Virus record (IMG/VR): IMGVR_UViG_3300023184_004198
Span: 148,615-212,614 of that record
Reading direction: 5' to 3' (one strand)
DNA length: 64,000 bases
The stretch's first letter is position 1. Each line of letters opens with the position of its first letter. Made by a program: the position numbers and the translations under genes. Positions 1 through 8,637 of the stretch are shown piece after piece. Below the pieces are notes generated by a model, which saw only the letters and a list, made by a program, of their open reading frames with translations, ran no database searches and was not told the DNA's origin.

Positions 1-20
1 AGAAGGACACTGAGTGGCAA

Positions 21-206
21 GTGGCCACCACGTTTGATCAGTTCCTGGAACAATGCGACAACTGTGGTGCTGAATACTACTACATCATGAAAGATGGCGT
101 TTGGTATTGCGGTGACACTTACGAGTCTAGCCCGTTAAGCAAAAAGTTAACAGTTTTGGCTGAAGCTTTGGAACAGTTTGCAGACGCTGAAGAGGTTGAC
201 CAATAA
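21..206 (+). CDS. Hypothetical phage protein, probably the 3' part of a gene starting before the window
   Basis: ORF track; no clear RBS; acidic C-terminus. Confidence 0.5.
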   Translation: MATTFDQFLEQCDNCGAEYYYIMKDGVWYCGDTYESSPLSKKLTVLAEALEQFADAEEVDQ

Positions 207-224
207 TTGCCAAAATGCTATAAT
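196..224 (+). promoter_or_regulatory. Sigma70-type early promoter
   Basis: TTGACC-N17-TATAAT with extended TG; AAGGAG RBS downstream. Confidence 0.8.
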
Positions 225-254
225 ATGAACATATTGTAACAAAAGGAGCCCACA

Positions 255-479
255 ATGCAAGACACAAAAGAAATCTATTACGGCATGTTTTCAGATGCAG
301 GCAACCAGGCTGTGCATGCTATCGTTGAACAGGCTCGTGAGAGCAAAATGGCTTGGCTCGAAGTGTACCAAGAACTGTGTCGTCTTGCTGATGTCAAGGC
401 ATTTGGTGAAGCCACTGACACCATGGTGCGTGAGATTGTTTATGACGCCCTGGGTTTCAATTCTGATTTTTACGTTTAA
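255..479 (+). CDS. Hypothetical early protein
   Basis: AAGGAG RBS, 74 aa. Confidence 0.75.
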   Translation: MQDTKEIYYGMFSDAGNQAVHAIVEQARESKMAWLEVYQELCRLADVKAFGEATDTMVREIVYDALGFNSDFYV

Positions 480-489
480 GGAGATCACA

Positions 490-675
490 ATGCGTGAAGA
501 ATATTTTTGGCTTGCACTGTTGATAGTTGTTGTTGTTGCAGGTCCGCTGTTGAGTATTTGGGCCTTGAACACCTTGTTCCCAGTGTTGGCTATTCCCTAC
601 ACCATGGAAACTTGGGCCGCAATGGCCTTGGTTGGTGGCGTGTTTCAAGGTTTGAGAATTGGTAAGAAAGACTAA
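490..675 (+). CDS. Small membrane protein (2 TM)
   Basis: AAGGAG RBS before ATG 490; MREEYFWLALLIVVVVAG... hydrophobic. Confidence 0.7.
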   Translation: MREEYFWLALLIVVVVAGPLLSIWALNTLFPVLAIPYTMETWAAMALVGGVFQGLRIGKKD

Positions 676-676
676 T

Positions 677-1444
677 ATGTTTGTAGATGTTTCTAACATG
701 ACAGCCCGCGAAATACAACGCCTGGGCCACGAGGACGATGAAGGTCCTGTGCAACGCCGGTGGACTTCACGTACCACTGCCGGTAGTGGGCATCGCGGCT
801 ACAGTATCAGCGATGTGTGGGGTGCGGCATGCCATGCGCAACGCATCAACGGTGCCTACATCAAACAAGATGAATGGGAACTGCCTTCAGAGTCGGCCAC
901 TGCTGTGCAACTCAAACGCAAGAGCAATCGCAACATCATGATGGAAGCACTGGAAAATCCTTTCATGATCACAGATGAAGATCGAGTGGCAGGTGCGGAG
1001 TGCCTAAAGTTCTTGCAAAATGACTTAACTTTCCGCGCACTGCAAAACCGGCTCACAGACTTTGACCGCGGTGTGATCAAGATCACTGCTTGGTCAGACC
1101 AATTCTTTCCGCAGGCACACAAACTGGAATTGGCCACAGTGGCTTGTTTGCCCAACAGTCACCAACGTGCCCTGAAACGCATTGAAGAACAGGACAGACT
1201 CAATCAAACTGCTGGCTATATTGGCGCCATTAGTGACAAAGTCACAGTCACAGTGGACATTGTTCGTTGTGTTTTCAGTCAAAAGTGGAACACCTACTAC
1301 GCCACTGGTATCACCAGCAACAACGAAACAGTGTTCTTTTCCATCCGTGAACCACTAAACACCGGCACACTGCTGACCGTCCGTGGTACTGTGAAAGCAC
1401 ACAGGGACGGACAGACTCAACTCAACCGTGTAGCAGTGGTATGA
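677..1444 (+). CDS. Hypothetical protein with C-terminal OB-fold-like domain
   Basis: C-terminus VTVTVDIVR...LTVRGTVKAH...TQLNRV resembles an OB-fold nucleic-acid-binding domain. Confidence 0.6.
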   Translation: MFVDVSNMTAREIQRLGHEDDEGPVQRRWTSRTTAGSGHRGYSISDVWGAACHAQRINGAYIKQDEWELPSESATAVQLKRKSNRNIMMEALENPFMITDEDRVAGAECLKFLQNDLTFRALQNRLTDFDRGVIKITAWSDQFFPQAHKLELATVACLPNSHQRALKRIEEQDRLNQTAGYIGAISDKVTVTVDIVRCVFSQKWNTYYATGITSNNETVFFSIREPLNTGTLLTVRGTVKAHRDGQTQLNRVAVV

Positions 1445-1575
1445 GGGCTGTGCTGATTGCGTTTGTGTTAACCGGATGCAGTGTGTTTCACGATGCCCGT
1501 GATGAGCTCCGAAAAGACATCATAGGCGTTCAGGCAGAATTTGCTAGACTTTACAACAAGGAGAACTCGCAATGA
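1441..1575 (+). CDS. Small lipoprotein (44 aa, not in ORF track)
   Basis: MRAVLIAFVLTGC: lipobox LTGC; ATGA overlap with upstream stop. Confidence 0.6.
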   Translation: MRAVLIAFVLTGCSVFHDARDELRKDIIGVQAEFARLYNKENSQ

Positions 1576-1700
1576 GAGGATACTTAATTGGTTTTGTATT
1601 GGGCTTGGTTGTGGCGTCAGTGGGTTTTTCGGGCATTGCTCGAATTGCCGACCGCGGTGTCCAAACCATCCAAACACAGAGCCGAGAATTGGCCCAGTAA
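1572..1700 (+). CDS. Small membrane protein (42 aa, not in ORF track)
   Basis: MRGYLIGFVLGLVVASVGF...; AAGGAG RBS, ATGA coupling. Confidence 0.6.
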   Translation: MRGYLIGFVLGLVVASVGFSGIARIADRGVQTIQTQSRELAQ

Positions 1701-1736
1701 AACGGGCAACCAGAACCAAAATTATGCAAAAAGTAG

Positions 1737-1765
1737 TTGACCAATATATCATCTTTTGCTATAAT
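1737..1765 (+). promoter_or_regulatory. Sigma70-type early promoter
   Basis: TTGACC-N17-TATAAT with extended TG. Confidence 0.8.
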
Positions 1766-1833
1766 AATGGTATGTTGTGCAGTAGTGCAACATTTTTTAA
1801 ACGTGATAGGCAACTTTTTTGAAAGGCAACACC

Positions 1834-2187
1834 ATGTCAAATGACAAAACTTTTACCGTAGCAGGTACTGCAACTAACAAAGATGGCACCGTCAAGGTCC
1901 GCTTTGCAAACGACCTTGTGGCTCGTATCAAGATCCTGAACAAGGCAGGTTGTAGCAACATCAACTTGATCGAATTGCCCCGTGCAATGACCAAGTTGGA
2001 AGCTCTGCAACACCTGCAGGCACAAGGCATCACCGGTGGTGATGAAGGCTATGCTGTGGCCAATAAATTGGCTGAAAAGAGCAAGGTCGCTAAGAAAGGC
2101 GAAGTCAAGGTCTCTGCAAAGAGTGCCAAGGCCAAGAGTGCTCCTGCAACTGTTAAGTCAGATGCAGTTGAAAGCACCAACGCCTAA
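1834..2187 (+). CDS. Hypothetical protein with Lys/Ala-rich tail
   Basis: MSNDKTFTVAGT...VKVRFAND; GAAAGG RBS. Confidence 0.75.
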   Translation: MSNDKTFTVAGTATNKDGTVKVRFANDLVARIKILNKAGCSNINLIELPRAMTKLEALQHLQAQGITGGDEGYAVANKLAEKSKVAKKGEVKVSAKSAKAKSAPATVKSDAVESTNA

Positions 2188-2203
2188 TCTACTAGGCTCC
2201 CAC

Positions 2204-2229
2204 AGCGCCGTTTAATACGGCGCTTTTTA
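2204..2229 (+). terminator. Rho-independent terminator
   Basis: AGCGCCGT-TTAAT-ACGGCGCT followed by a T run. Confidence 0.85.
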
Positions 2230-2257
2230 TTGGCCGCACAAAAGAGATAATTACTGT

Positions 2258-2518
2258 ATGCACGATTTTGAAGATGACCCCATTTACGAATATGCAAAAA
2301 CTGTGATGTTTCAAATCATGACAGTGCTGTACATGAACGGTCGCCGGGAAGCACATGTGGGTGCCATAATGCGCCTGTTGGGCGTGGATGAAGACCACGC
2401 CCGCCTGCACGATGATGAGCGCATAGAGTTGGATGAAAATTTTGCCAGGATGGCGGCAGAATTAAATATGCATGAGCTTGTGTCTGCTCAAATCCCCCTA
2501 GGAACCACAATCCATTAA
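2258..2518 (+). CDS. Hypothetical protein
   Basis: 86-aa ORF coupled to next gene. Confidence 0.7.
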   Translation: MHDFEDDPIYEYAKTVMFQIMTVLYMNGRREAHVGAIMRLLGVDEDHARLHDDERIELDENFARMAAELNMHELVSAQIPLGTTIH

Positions 2519-2763
2519 TGTCCATACCCACGTACCGTGCAGTTGAACCGCTGTACATTGTAATGTTACGCAACACCCAAGCAGAACCCATGTTCAAGAC
2601 TTGGATACGTAAAAATCAAATCGAGCATGCCACGGTCGCCGGCAACAAGATGATGCTTCACCACCAGCAGGCATTTGATCGATTTCTTGTGACTTGGACC
2701 CATGAGTGGAATATGATCACTGTATGGGATACGTGGAACCGCAGACACATCTACGTTGACTAG
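2518..2763 (+). CDS. Hypothetical protein
   Basis: TAATG coupling, 81 aa. Confidence 0.7.
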   Translation: MSIPTYRAVEPLYIVMLRNTQAEPMFKTWIRKNQIEHATVAGNKMMLHHQQAFDRFLVTWTHEWNMITVWDTWNRRHIYVD

Positions 2764-2791
2764 GCTGGAGTGCCAAAATCAATGATTTTTC

Positions 2792-2820
2792 TTGACATGC
2801 TCACACAAGGCATGTATAAT
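2792..2820 (+). promoter_or_regulatory. Perfect consensus sigma70 promoter
   Basis: TTGACA-N17-TATAAT. Confidence 0.9.
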
Positions 2821-2845
2821 TACTATTCACAACAAAGGAGTCTCG

Positions 2846-3037
2846 ATGACTAATCATGAACAAATCGTAGCCGCTTACGAAACATACATTGCGGAAAATG
2901 AAAAATTCACAGCCAAGGGTGTCAAAGCCGCGGCTGCCCGTGCCAGAAAAGCCTTGCAAGAAATGAGCAAAGGCATCAAAGAACGTCGCAAGGAAATCAC
3001 AGCGGAGAAGGAAGCTCTTGCGGCAGCACCCAAGTAA
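2846..3037 (+). CDS. Histone H1-like (Hc1 family) basic protein
   Basis: KF.AKGVKAAAARARKALQEMSKGIKERRK matches the Hc1-like pattern; AAGGAG RBS. Confidence 0.7.
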   Translation: MTNHEQIVAAYETYIAENEKFTAKGVKAAAARARKALQEMSKGIKERRKEITAEKEALAAAPK

Positions 3038-3186
3038 CGCCCAGCCTGAGATGCATGAACTACATTCATGGCCAGTGCATCTCACTGCCGACCTCAGGCA
3101 GAAACTGTTGGATGACAAACTGCGTCGAGCCCAGCATTACTGGCAGGCGCAACAAAAATCCGCAGTGCCAAAAATCGCAAATTCCC

Positions 3187-3675
3187 ATGTCAATATCAGC
3201 AACACCAATTCCCACGCTAACATTAGATGAAGTTAATGAGTTGACCACTAGTATAACCAGTGGTATAGGAACCGACACTATCACCTACAGTCCAATCTGG
3301 AGCACAACAGGCACAGTGGTACCAGGTTATGGTGCTGCCATTGGTAATGGTGGAACTGGATACACCTACACAACCAATACAACCGGTCCTTGGATTGCCA
3401 CTGGTAGTAGCCCTGGTACTTTAAGTGTCGAACAAAGCGGTACCATTGATCTGCGAGGCGAAAACCCTGACATCAAGATCAACGGCAAAAGCATGGTGGC
3501 CTGGATGGAAAAGGTAGAGGAACGACTAAACATCCTCACACCTAATCCTGAGCTGGAAAAAGAATGGGACGATTTGCGCAGACTGGGTGAACGCTATAGA
3601 GCATTGGAAAAGAAGTGTAAGGAAAAAGCCCAGATGTGGGAAGCCTTGAAAAAAGTACAACCTAAACAACCATGA
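3187..3675 (+). CDS. Hypothetical protein (Thr/Gly-rich N-terminus, coiled-coil C-terminus)
   Basis: ORF 3055..3675; start chosen at MSISATP. Confidence 0.65.
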   Translation: MSISATPIPTLTLDEVNELTTSITSGIGTDTITYSPIWSTTGTVVPGYGAAIGNGGTGYTYTTNTTGPWIATGSSPGTLSVEQSGTIDLRGENPDIKINGKSMVAWMEKVEERLNILTPNPELEKEWDDLRRLGERYRALEKKCKEKAQMWEALKKVQPKQP

Positions 3676-4460
3676 TACCCAAGCAAATGACACCCAAACA
3701 ACGCATCAAACACATCTCCAAATGGATCCGAGACTATGCCCGCAAGGCCAAGGTAGATACTTTGGTAGTAGGCATTTCGGGCGGTATTGATTCATCAGTT
3801 GTCAGTGCCTTGTGTGCAGAAACTGGCCTAAAAACTGTTGTGGTACAAATGCCTATTCGGCAGAATCGCAAATTGGACAATCTAAGTTCAGCACAAGCAG
3901 GCTGGCTGTTGGAGCACTATCCCAACAACGTCACGCACATGAGCATGGATCTAACTCCAGTGTTCACTGCATTTGAGAAAAAAGTTTCTCCTTTTGGAGA
4001 CAGTGAATTAGCGTTTGCTAATAGCAGAGCCAGATTGCGCATGATGACCCTGTATCAAATTGCACAAAGTCATGGTGGTATTGTGGTGGGCACAGGCAAC
4101 CGAGTGGAAGACTTTGGCGTGGGATTCTTTACCAAGTATGGTGATGGCGGTGTGGATATTTCCCCCATTGGCGACTGCATGAAAACTGAAGTGTGGGACC
4201 TGGGCCGCGAACTGGGCCTGCTGAAAGAAATCATTGATGCACCACCCACAGACGGCTTGTGGGCTGATGGTCGCAACGACGAAGATCAGTTAGGCATGAC
4301 TTATCCTGAACTGGAAAAGGCCATGTTGCAAGACACTTACTCAGGCATTCGCGAGTATGCCACTGCGCCAGAAAAGAAGTTACTCAAACGTTATCGTGAG
4401 ATACGTGCAAGAAATCTGCACAAGATGACACCTATTCCTGTTTGCACAATACCTCATTAA
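3672..4460 (+). CDS. nadE: NH3-dependent NAD+ synthetase
   Basis: GISGGIDSS PP-loop, N.RARLRM, GTGN, GFFTKYGDG, PT.GLW...DEDQLG. Confidence 0.95.
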   Translation: MIPKQMTPKQRIKHISKWIRDYARKAKVDTLVVGISGGIDSSVVSALCAETGLKTVVVQMPIRQNRKLDNLSSAQAGWLLEHYPNNVTHMSMDLTPVFTAFEKKVSPFGDSELAFANSRARLRMMTLYQIAQSHGGIVVGTGNRVEDFGVGFFTKYGDGGVDISPIGDCMKTEVWDLGRELGLLKEIIDAPPTDGLWADGRNDEDQLGMTYPELEKAMLQDTYSGIREYATAPEKKLLKRYREIRARNLHKMTPIPVCTIPH

Positions 4461-4537
4461 CTACAATGTTAATGACAAAAACACACCATTTTGACAGTTT
4501 TTTGACCGGCCTAGTGCCAAATAAAATAAGTAAAAGT

Positions 4538-4845
4538 GGTGGTAGAACAACACATTGCAATCAAATAGGATCTTCTACTGCTGATTGGTATCTTGTCCAA
4601 TTGAAAAAAACAAGTACCCGTAGCACTGGCAGAGGTTTGTCCAAGCCAACATCAGTGTTCGAAAGAGACTCTCGGAAAGTCTCTTCGTTGACAACTAGAA
4701 TTGGACAGGGTCATTTCTCAGGACGCGACCTTGTCCCAAACGAGTATGCCAAGGAGGCCCGAGGTCTATCTATGCTCATCTCAATCCCTAATCTGTCAAC
4801 GTGATTTACTCGGGTAACCGCGTACGGCCACGTATTGGCTTCTAA
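4538..4845 (+). ncRNA. Putative highly structured non-coding RNA / 5' leader of unknown family
   Basis: At least 7 complementary helices in a ~395-nt intergenic gap of an otherwise gene-dense genome (see findings). Confidence 0.55.
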
Positions 4846-4855
4846 AGGAAATCTA

Positions 4856-5431
4856 ATGAAATTGAATGTTAATCGACCCAATGCTCTAGCAACTTGGGCA
4901 GGTAGAATTATCAAAACTGTGGCTCTGTTTGCAGTGGCATTTACAGTATGGTCAGTGTGTCAATCACGCATGGAAGACCTAAGACAGAATCAAAACAATT
5001 GGGACCAGTCACATGTGAGTGCCGCAGAACGACTGCGCCAGTTGAACTGCTTGACCCAAAACATCTACTGGGAGGCAGCCTCAGAACCATTTGAGGGCAA
5101 AGTAGCAGTGGCGCAGGTCACGTTAAATAGAGTGGAATCAGGTAGATTTGCACCCACAGTATGCGGTGTGGTTTACCAGAAGAATGTGTTTTACGAAAAG
5201 GTAGTTTGCCAATTCAGCTGGTTGTGTGAGAGCACACACAAAACACGCCCAGTTTATCAGCCCATGTGGCAAGAGAGCGAACTAGTGGCCAAGAAAGTGT
5301 TGTTGGAAAACTTCCGATTGCCCAGCATGAAAAATGCGTTATACTATCACGCTGACTACGTAAACCCCAACTGGCGCAAGCCAAAAATTGACCAAATTGG
5401 TCGTCACATCTTTTATGGAGAACGTTCATGA
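4856..5431 (+). CDS. Cell wall hydrolase, SleB/Hydrolase_2 family, with N-terminal TM anchor
   Basis: CLTQNIYWEA..EP.EGKVAVAQVTLNRV, CQFSW, YYHADYVNPNW, IGRHIFY. Confidence 0.9.
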   Translation: MKLNVNRPNALATWAGRIIKTVALFAVAFTVWSVCQSRMEDLRQNQNNWDQSHVSAAERLRQLNCLTQNIYWEAASEPFEGKVAVAQVTLNRVESGRFAPTVCGVVYQKNVFYEKVVCQFSWLCESTHKTRPVYQPMWQESELVAKKVLLENFRLPSMKNALYYHADYVNPNWRKPKIDQIGRHIFYGERS

Positions 5432-5739
5432 ACAACTGGCCCTTTAATCTGCAAACTATCCGTGATTTTTTGAACAACCATTTGCACAAAATTTCGGCAG
5501 ACACCCTGGGCTGGTTGGCAGCCATTGTGTTGCATTGTGCCACTGTGCCTACATTGCTGGCACTAATGACTGGACTTTCAGATCGAGTGCCCAGTTTGGA
5601 TGTGGTGGCATTTCTTTGGGCAGGACTGGTCATGCTGTTCCTGCGAGCCATTGTGTTAAAAGACACCCTAAACATCATCACAATTGGGGTGGGTTTTATA
5701 GTGCAAGCCGGGCTCATGGCCTTGATCCTGTTTAGGTAA
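5428..5739 (+). CDS. 3-TM membrane protein
   Basis: Three hydrophobic segments; coupled to the hydrolase gene. Confidence 0.7.
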   Translation: MNNWPFNLQTIRDFLNNHLHKISADTLGWLAAIVLHCATVPTLLALMTGLSDRVPSLDVVAFLWAGLVMLFLRAIVLKDTLNIITIGVGFIVQAGLMALILFR

Positions 5740-5752
5740 TACTTCAGTAGTA

Positions 5753-5781
5753 TTGACCGGAAATTGCGATCATGCTATAAT
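5753..5781 (+). promoter_or_regulatory. Sigma70-type promoter
   Basis: TTGACC-N17-TATAAT with extended TG. Confidence 0.8.
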
Positions 5782-5812
5782 ACAGCATGATTAGCAACTC
5801 TGGAGTACTGCA

Positions 5813-6205
5813 ATGACTATGCATCTTGAAGGTCCGTGGCTCAGCATGAGCGGTAAAAAGCGCGGCAAGGTCAAGTTCCGCAATGCCGAAGAGGCCCGGC
5901 GTGCCCGCGAACTAGAACAGTCGTGGCGAGAACTGCTGAAACGCCAAGGCGTTGAAGCAGAAGAAAAGAAACGTGCTAGAGCCATGAAGGCACCTGCACT
6001 GGATTACAAACTGAGTGCCCCTCCTGGGCGTACAACCAGCACACACATTCCCAGCCGCGACACAGGTGGCAACGCTACACTGGCCGCACCCAAGGTTTAC
6101 ACAGGCACCAAGGTCAAGGGCATTGCCACCATGCACAAGTCAAATGCTGTGCCAGTGTTCTCGGACGAGGAGGCAGTGGAGATTTCCAGGATGCGCCGTG
6201 GCTAA
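5813..6205 (+). CDS. Basic phage protein of unknown function
   Basis: YTG...GIATMHKSNAVPV motif recalled from T4-like phage hypotheticals; GGAG RBS. Confidence 0.75.
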   Translation: MTMHLEGPWLSMSGKKRGKVKFRNAEEARRARELEQSWRELLKRQGVEAEEKKRARAMKAPALDYKLSAPPGRTTSTHIPSRDTGGNATLAAPKVYTGTKVKGIATMHKSNAVPVFSDEEAVEISRMRRG

Positions 6206-6479
6206 TACTTACTACGGGGTCGCTGGTGCTGTTGTATGGAAACTACAATGGCAACACGTATCGGGTTCCTTGGAACGAAACTGGTATCATCAACCCCGAC
6301 TCATACGTGAAAGTGAACAGGTGTGGTGTCAAGGCCCACGTGGTGGCGTCAAGTTGGTCAAAGACAGCAGTGAATCACTTCCCTGGAATGTATGGGCACC
6401 GTATCTGCGGCAGGATTCAGAAAAAATGAAACAGTTTGCCTGGATCAAACTACGAGCACGGGCGTTGAAGCAATCATGA
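6198..6479 (+). CDS. Hypothetical protein (GTG start assumed)
   Basis: 3' part of ORF 6015..6479 fills the gap between coupled genes. Confidence 0.5.
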   Translation: MANTYYGVAGAVVWKLQWQHVSGSLERNWYHQPRLIRESEQVWCQGPRGGVKLVKDSSESLPWNVWAPYLRQDSEKMKQFAWIKLRARALKQS

Positions 6480-6718
6480 TGCTACTGGGACATGGCACAG
6501 TGTATGGCGCACAGTATTATACTGTGGCTCCGCCCATGGCAGGTGTGTCATGGAGTGATATGGAAGAATGGTGTACGGAAACTTTTGGGTCCAGCACTGG
6601 CAGTATTTGGTTCAAGGCCAATATACAGGCACCTAATGAACGTTGGTATCAAAACAACAGCAAGTTTTGGTTCCGTGATGAAGCAGATAGAACTTGGTTC
6701 TTGTTGAGGTGGTCATGA
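6476..6718 (+). CDS. Small hypothetical protein (WC...F...A.WF.LRW type)
   Basis: ATGA coupling. Confidence 0.65.
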   Translation: MMLLGHGTVYGAQYYTVAPPMAGVSWSDMEEWCTETFGSSTGSIWFKANIQAPNERWYQNNSKFWFRDEADRTWFLLRWS

Positions 6719-6954
6719 AACGATATCACAGTGAAGGTGGCACACAAAATCCTGACTTCCTGTATCAGGTTCGAGTGCGCGATTTCACCACAGAAATGTA
6801 TGACTGGTGTGAGGCCTATGATGATCAAGGCGAAACATTTTGTAGATTTCATGTGAAATGGAATCTGTATGACGATCACAATGAATATGATCGTGTGACA
6901 TTTGAGCAGGAAGCACCGGCCATAATGTTTGCACTGAGATTTGGCAAGGCATGA
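6715..6954 (+). CDS. Small hypothetical protein, likely paralog of the upstream gene
   Basis: MYDWCE...VTFEQEAPAIMFALRF; GAGGT RBS. Confidence 0.65.
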   Translation: MKRYHSEGGTQNPDFLYQVRVRDFTTEMYDWCEAYDDQGETFCRFHVKWNLYDDHNEYDRVTFEQEAPAIMFALRFGKA

Positions 6955-7397
6955 AAAAGAAACGTTTATTAACCTATAGAGGAGAACCTATGTTTGAAGA
7001 ACCATTGAGCTGGGAACAGCAAGAAGTGTTTAGGTTGTTGAAAGCACAACCGGGCACCACTTACCAAGAAGCCGATGAAACAGGCCGGCACGTTTTTAGA
7101 GACTGGATGCGCGGCCTGCTGAATGTGGCAGAAATCACAGTGACGTTTGTCAAAGCAGATGGCACACTGCGTGACATGCGATGCACCCTGGACCAGGATC
7201 GTATTCCGCCCCAGCCACCACGTGCAGCCAAGCCTGCTAAGGAAGCACCAGTAGATGGTATTGTGCGTGAGAGCAAAGAAGTCACCAAGCCCGAAGAAAA
7301 CCACACCCAAAAAGTGTTTGATTTAGACGCAGGTGCTTGGCGCAGTTTTCGTTATGATCGGCTCAAAAAGGTCAGTGCCAGCATGAGTTTTGAATAA
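6951..7397 (+). CDS. WYL_2-like SH3 beta-barrel protein
   Basis: VTFVKADGTLRDMRCTL...VFDL....WRSFR. Confidence 0.7.
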   Translation: MKKKRLLTYRGEPMFEEPLSWEQQEVFRLLKAQPGTTYQEADETGRHVFRDWMRGLLNVAEITVTFVKADGTLRDMRCTLDQDRIPPQPPRAAKPAKEAPVDGIVRESKEVTKPEENHTQKVFDLDAGAWRSFRYDRLKKVSASMSFE

Positions 7398-7423
7398 GTA
7401 ATAGTATCACTTTAAGGAAACGC

Positions 7424-8419
7424 ATGGCCGCAGAATTAACTATCAAATATGTTGTAGACTCTATTGAAGGCAATTCATTGAGTACCACTGTCACTGGACC
7501 GGAACATGGTTGGGTAGAATATTGCAATCAACGAGGACAACTTGTTTATGCTGATGCGGTCAGTGAAGAGTTTTATAAAAAATGCCACCAACAAGTCATT
7601 GAACTCATTACCAAACATGCCATAGAAGATAACAAAAAAAATCTTGGATTTATAAATCACATAAGCAACATACTAGTCAATGATGATTTTGTATTTCCCA
7701 TGTTCGGATCAGTGCCCAACGGCGGCAGTGAACTTGAAATTACCACGGGGGTTACAAGATTAATTGCCAGCATAATGAATGGTCGTACCGCTCGAGAATT
7801 AAAGACTGTGGCATTTACACCTAAAGGACAATCAGCAACGCAATTAGAAAATTTAAAACCTTTGACCAGTACTGCTAATTTTGAAAAAATATACAATCTT
7901 GCAGATATTGATTACGAAATCAGCATGTCGGACTCCCCAGCTGGCGATATGAGTGAGTTTCGATTTGATCGAAGTGTGCTGAAATATTCAATCTATGACA
8001 AAAAAGATCAGGCACTGCCACATACTCAAATAGGAGCAAACGTTTCAAATTTTTGGAGTAGACATATTAAAAAAGATAAAATTCAATTGAACATAAGATG
8101 TACTCCTGAAGTAGAAAAATTAATTCAACCCAGTAAAATTTTTAACTGGAATGTAGTGCATGAAAAACACGAAGAATGGCAATGGAGTTATGGAAGAATT
8201 TTGGGTGCATATCGAAAAACAGAAGTACCTTTGTCCTTTGATGAGTCTCAAATTCATCTCTGGTTGTACGATGTGTCTGAACCTGTGTACTTGGAATTGT
8301 TATTGCCTTGGGTCACTGGACAATATACTTGTTGCCATACCAAAAATAAAAAAGCATTGTTTTTTGACACTTCCAGTGATGTGACCAGTATGCAAATTGT
8401 TGGAGACTGGGTCAAATAA
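7424..8419 (+). CDS. Hypothetical protein (AT-rich)
   Basis: 331-aa ORF, AAGGA RBS. Confidence 0.75.
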   Translation: MAAELTIKYVVDSIEGNSLSTTVTGPEHGWVEYCNQRGQLVYADAVSEEFYKKCHQQVIELITKHAIEDNKKNLGFINHISNILVNDDFVFPMFGSVPNGGSELEITTGVTRLIASIMNGRTARELKTVAFTPKGQSATQLENLKPLTSTANFEKIYNLADIDYEISMSDSPAGDMSEFRFDRSVLKYSIYDKKDQALPHTQIGANVSNFWSRHIKKDKIQLNIRCTPEVEKLIQPSKIFNWNVVHEKHEEWQWSYGRILGAYRKTEVPLSFDESQIHLWLYDVSEPVYLELLLPWVTGQYTCCHTKNKKALFFDTSSDVTSMQIVGDWVK

Positions 8420-8637
8420 TGGCCAAGGAAGAAACAATTAATATGGAAGGCAAGGTGCAAGAAATTCTACCCAATGCCATGTTTAGAGTATTGCTGGATG
8501 ATGTCAACACAGAAGTTATAGGATACTTGTCGGGAAAAATGCGCACTCATAATATCAAGGTGTTGCTGGGTGATAGGGTTGCCATGGAATTTAGTCCTTA
8601 CGATTTGACACGTGGGCGTATTACAAGAAGAAGATGA
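8419..8637 (+). CDS. infA: Translation initiation factor IF-1
   Basis: [19 protein letters not shown]...[23 protein letters not shown]. Confidence 0.95.
   Translation: MAKEETINMEGKVQEILPNAMFRVLLDDVNTEVIGYLSGKMRTHNIKVLLGDRVAMEFSPYDLTRGRITRRR

Noticed and set aside
4442-4804. 120-aa ORF across the nadE-sleB gap
   Set aside because: TTG start inside nadE, no RBS, no recognisable motifs; the region is better explained as structured RNA
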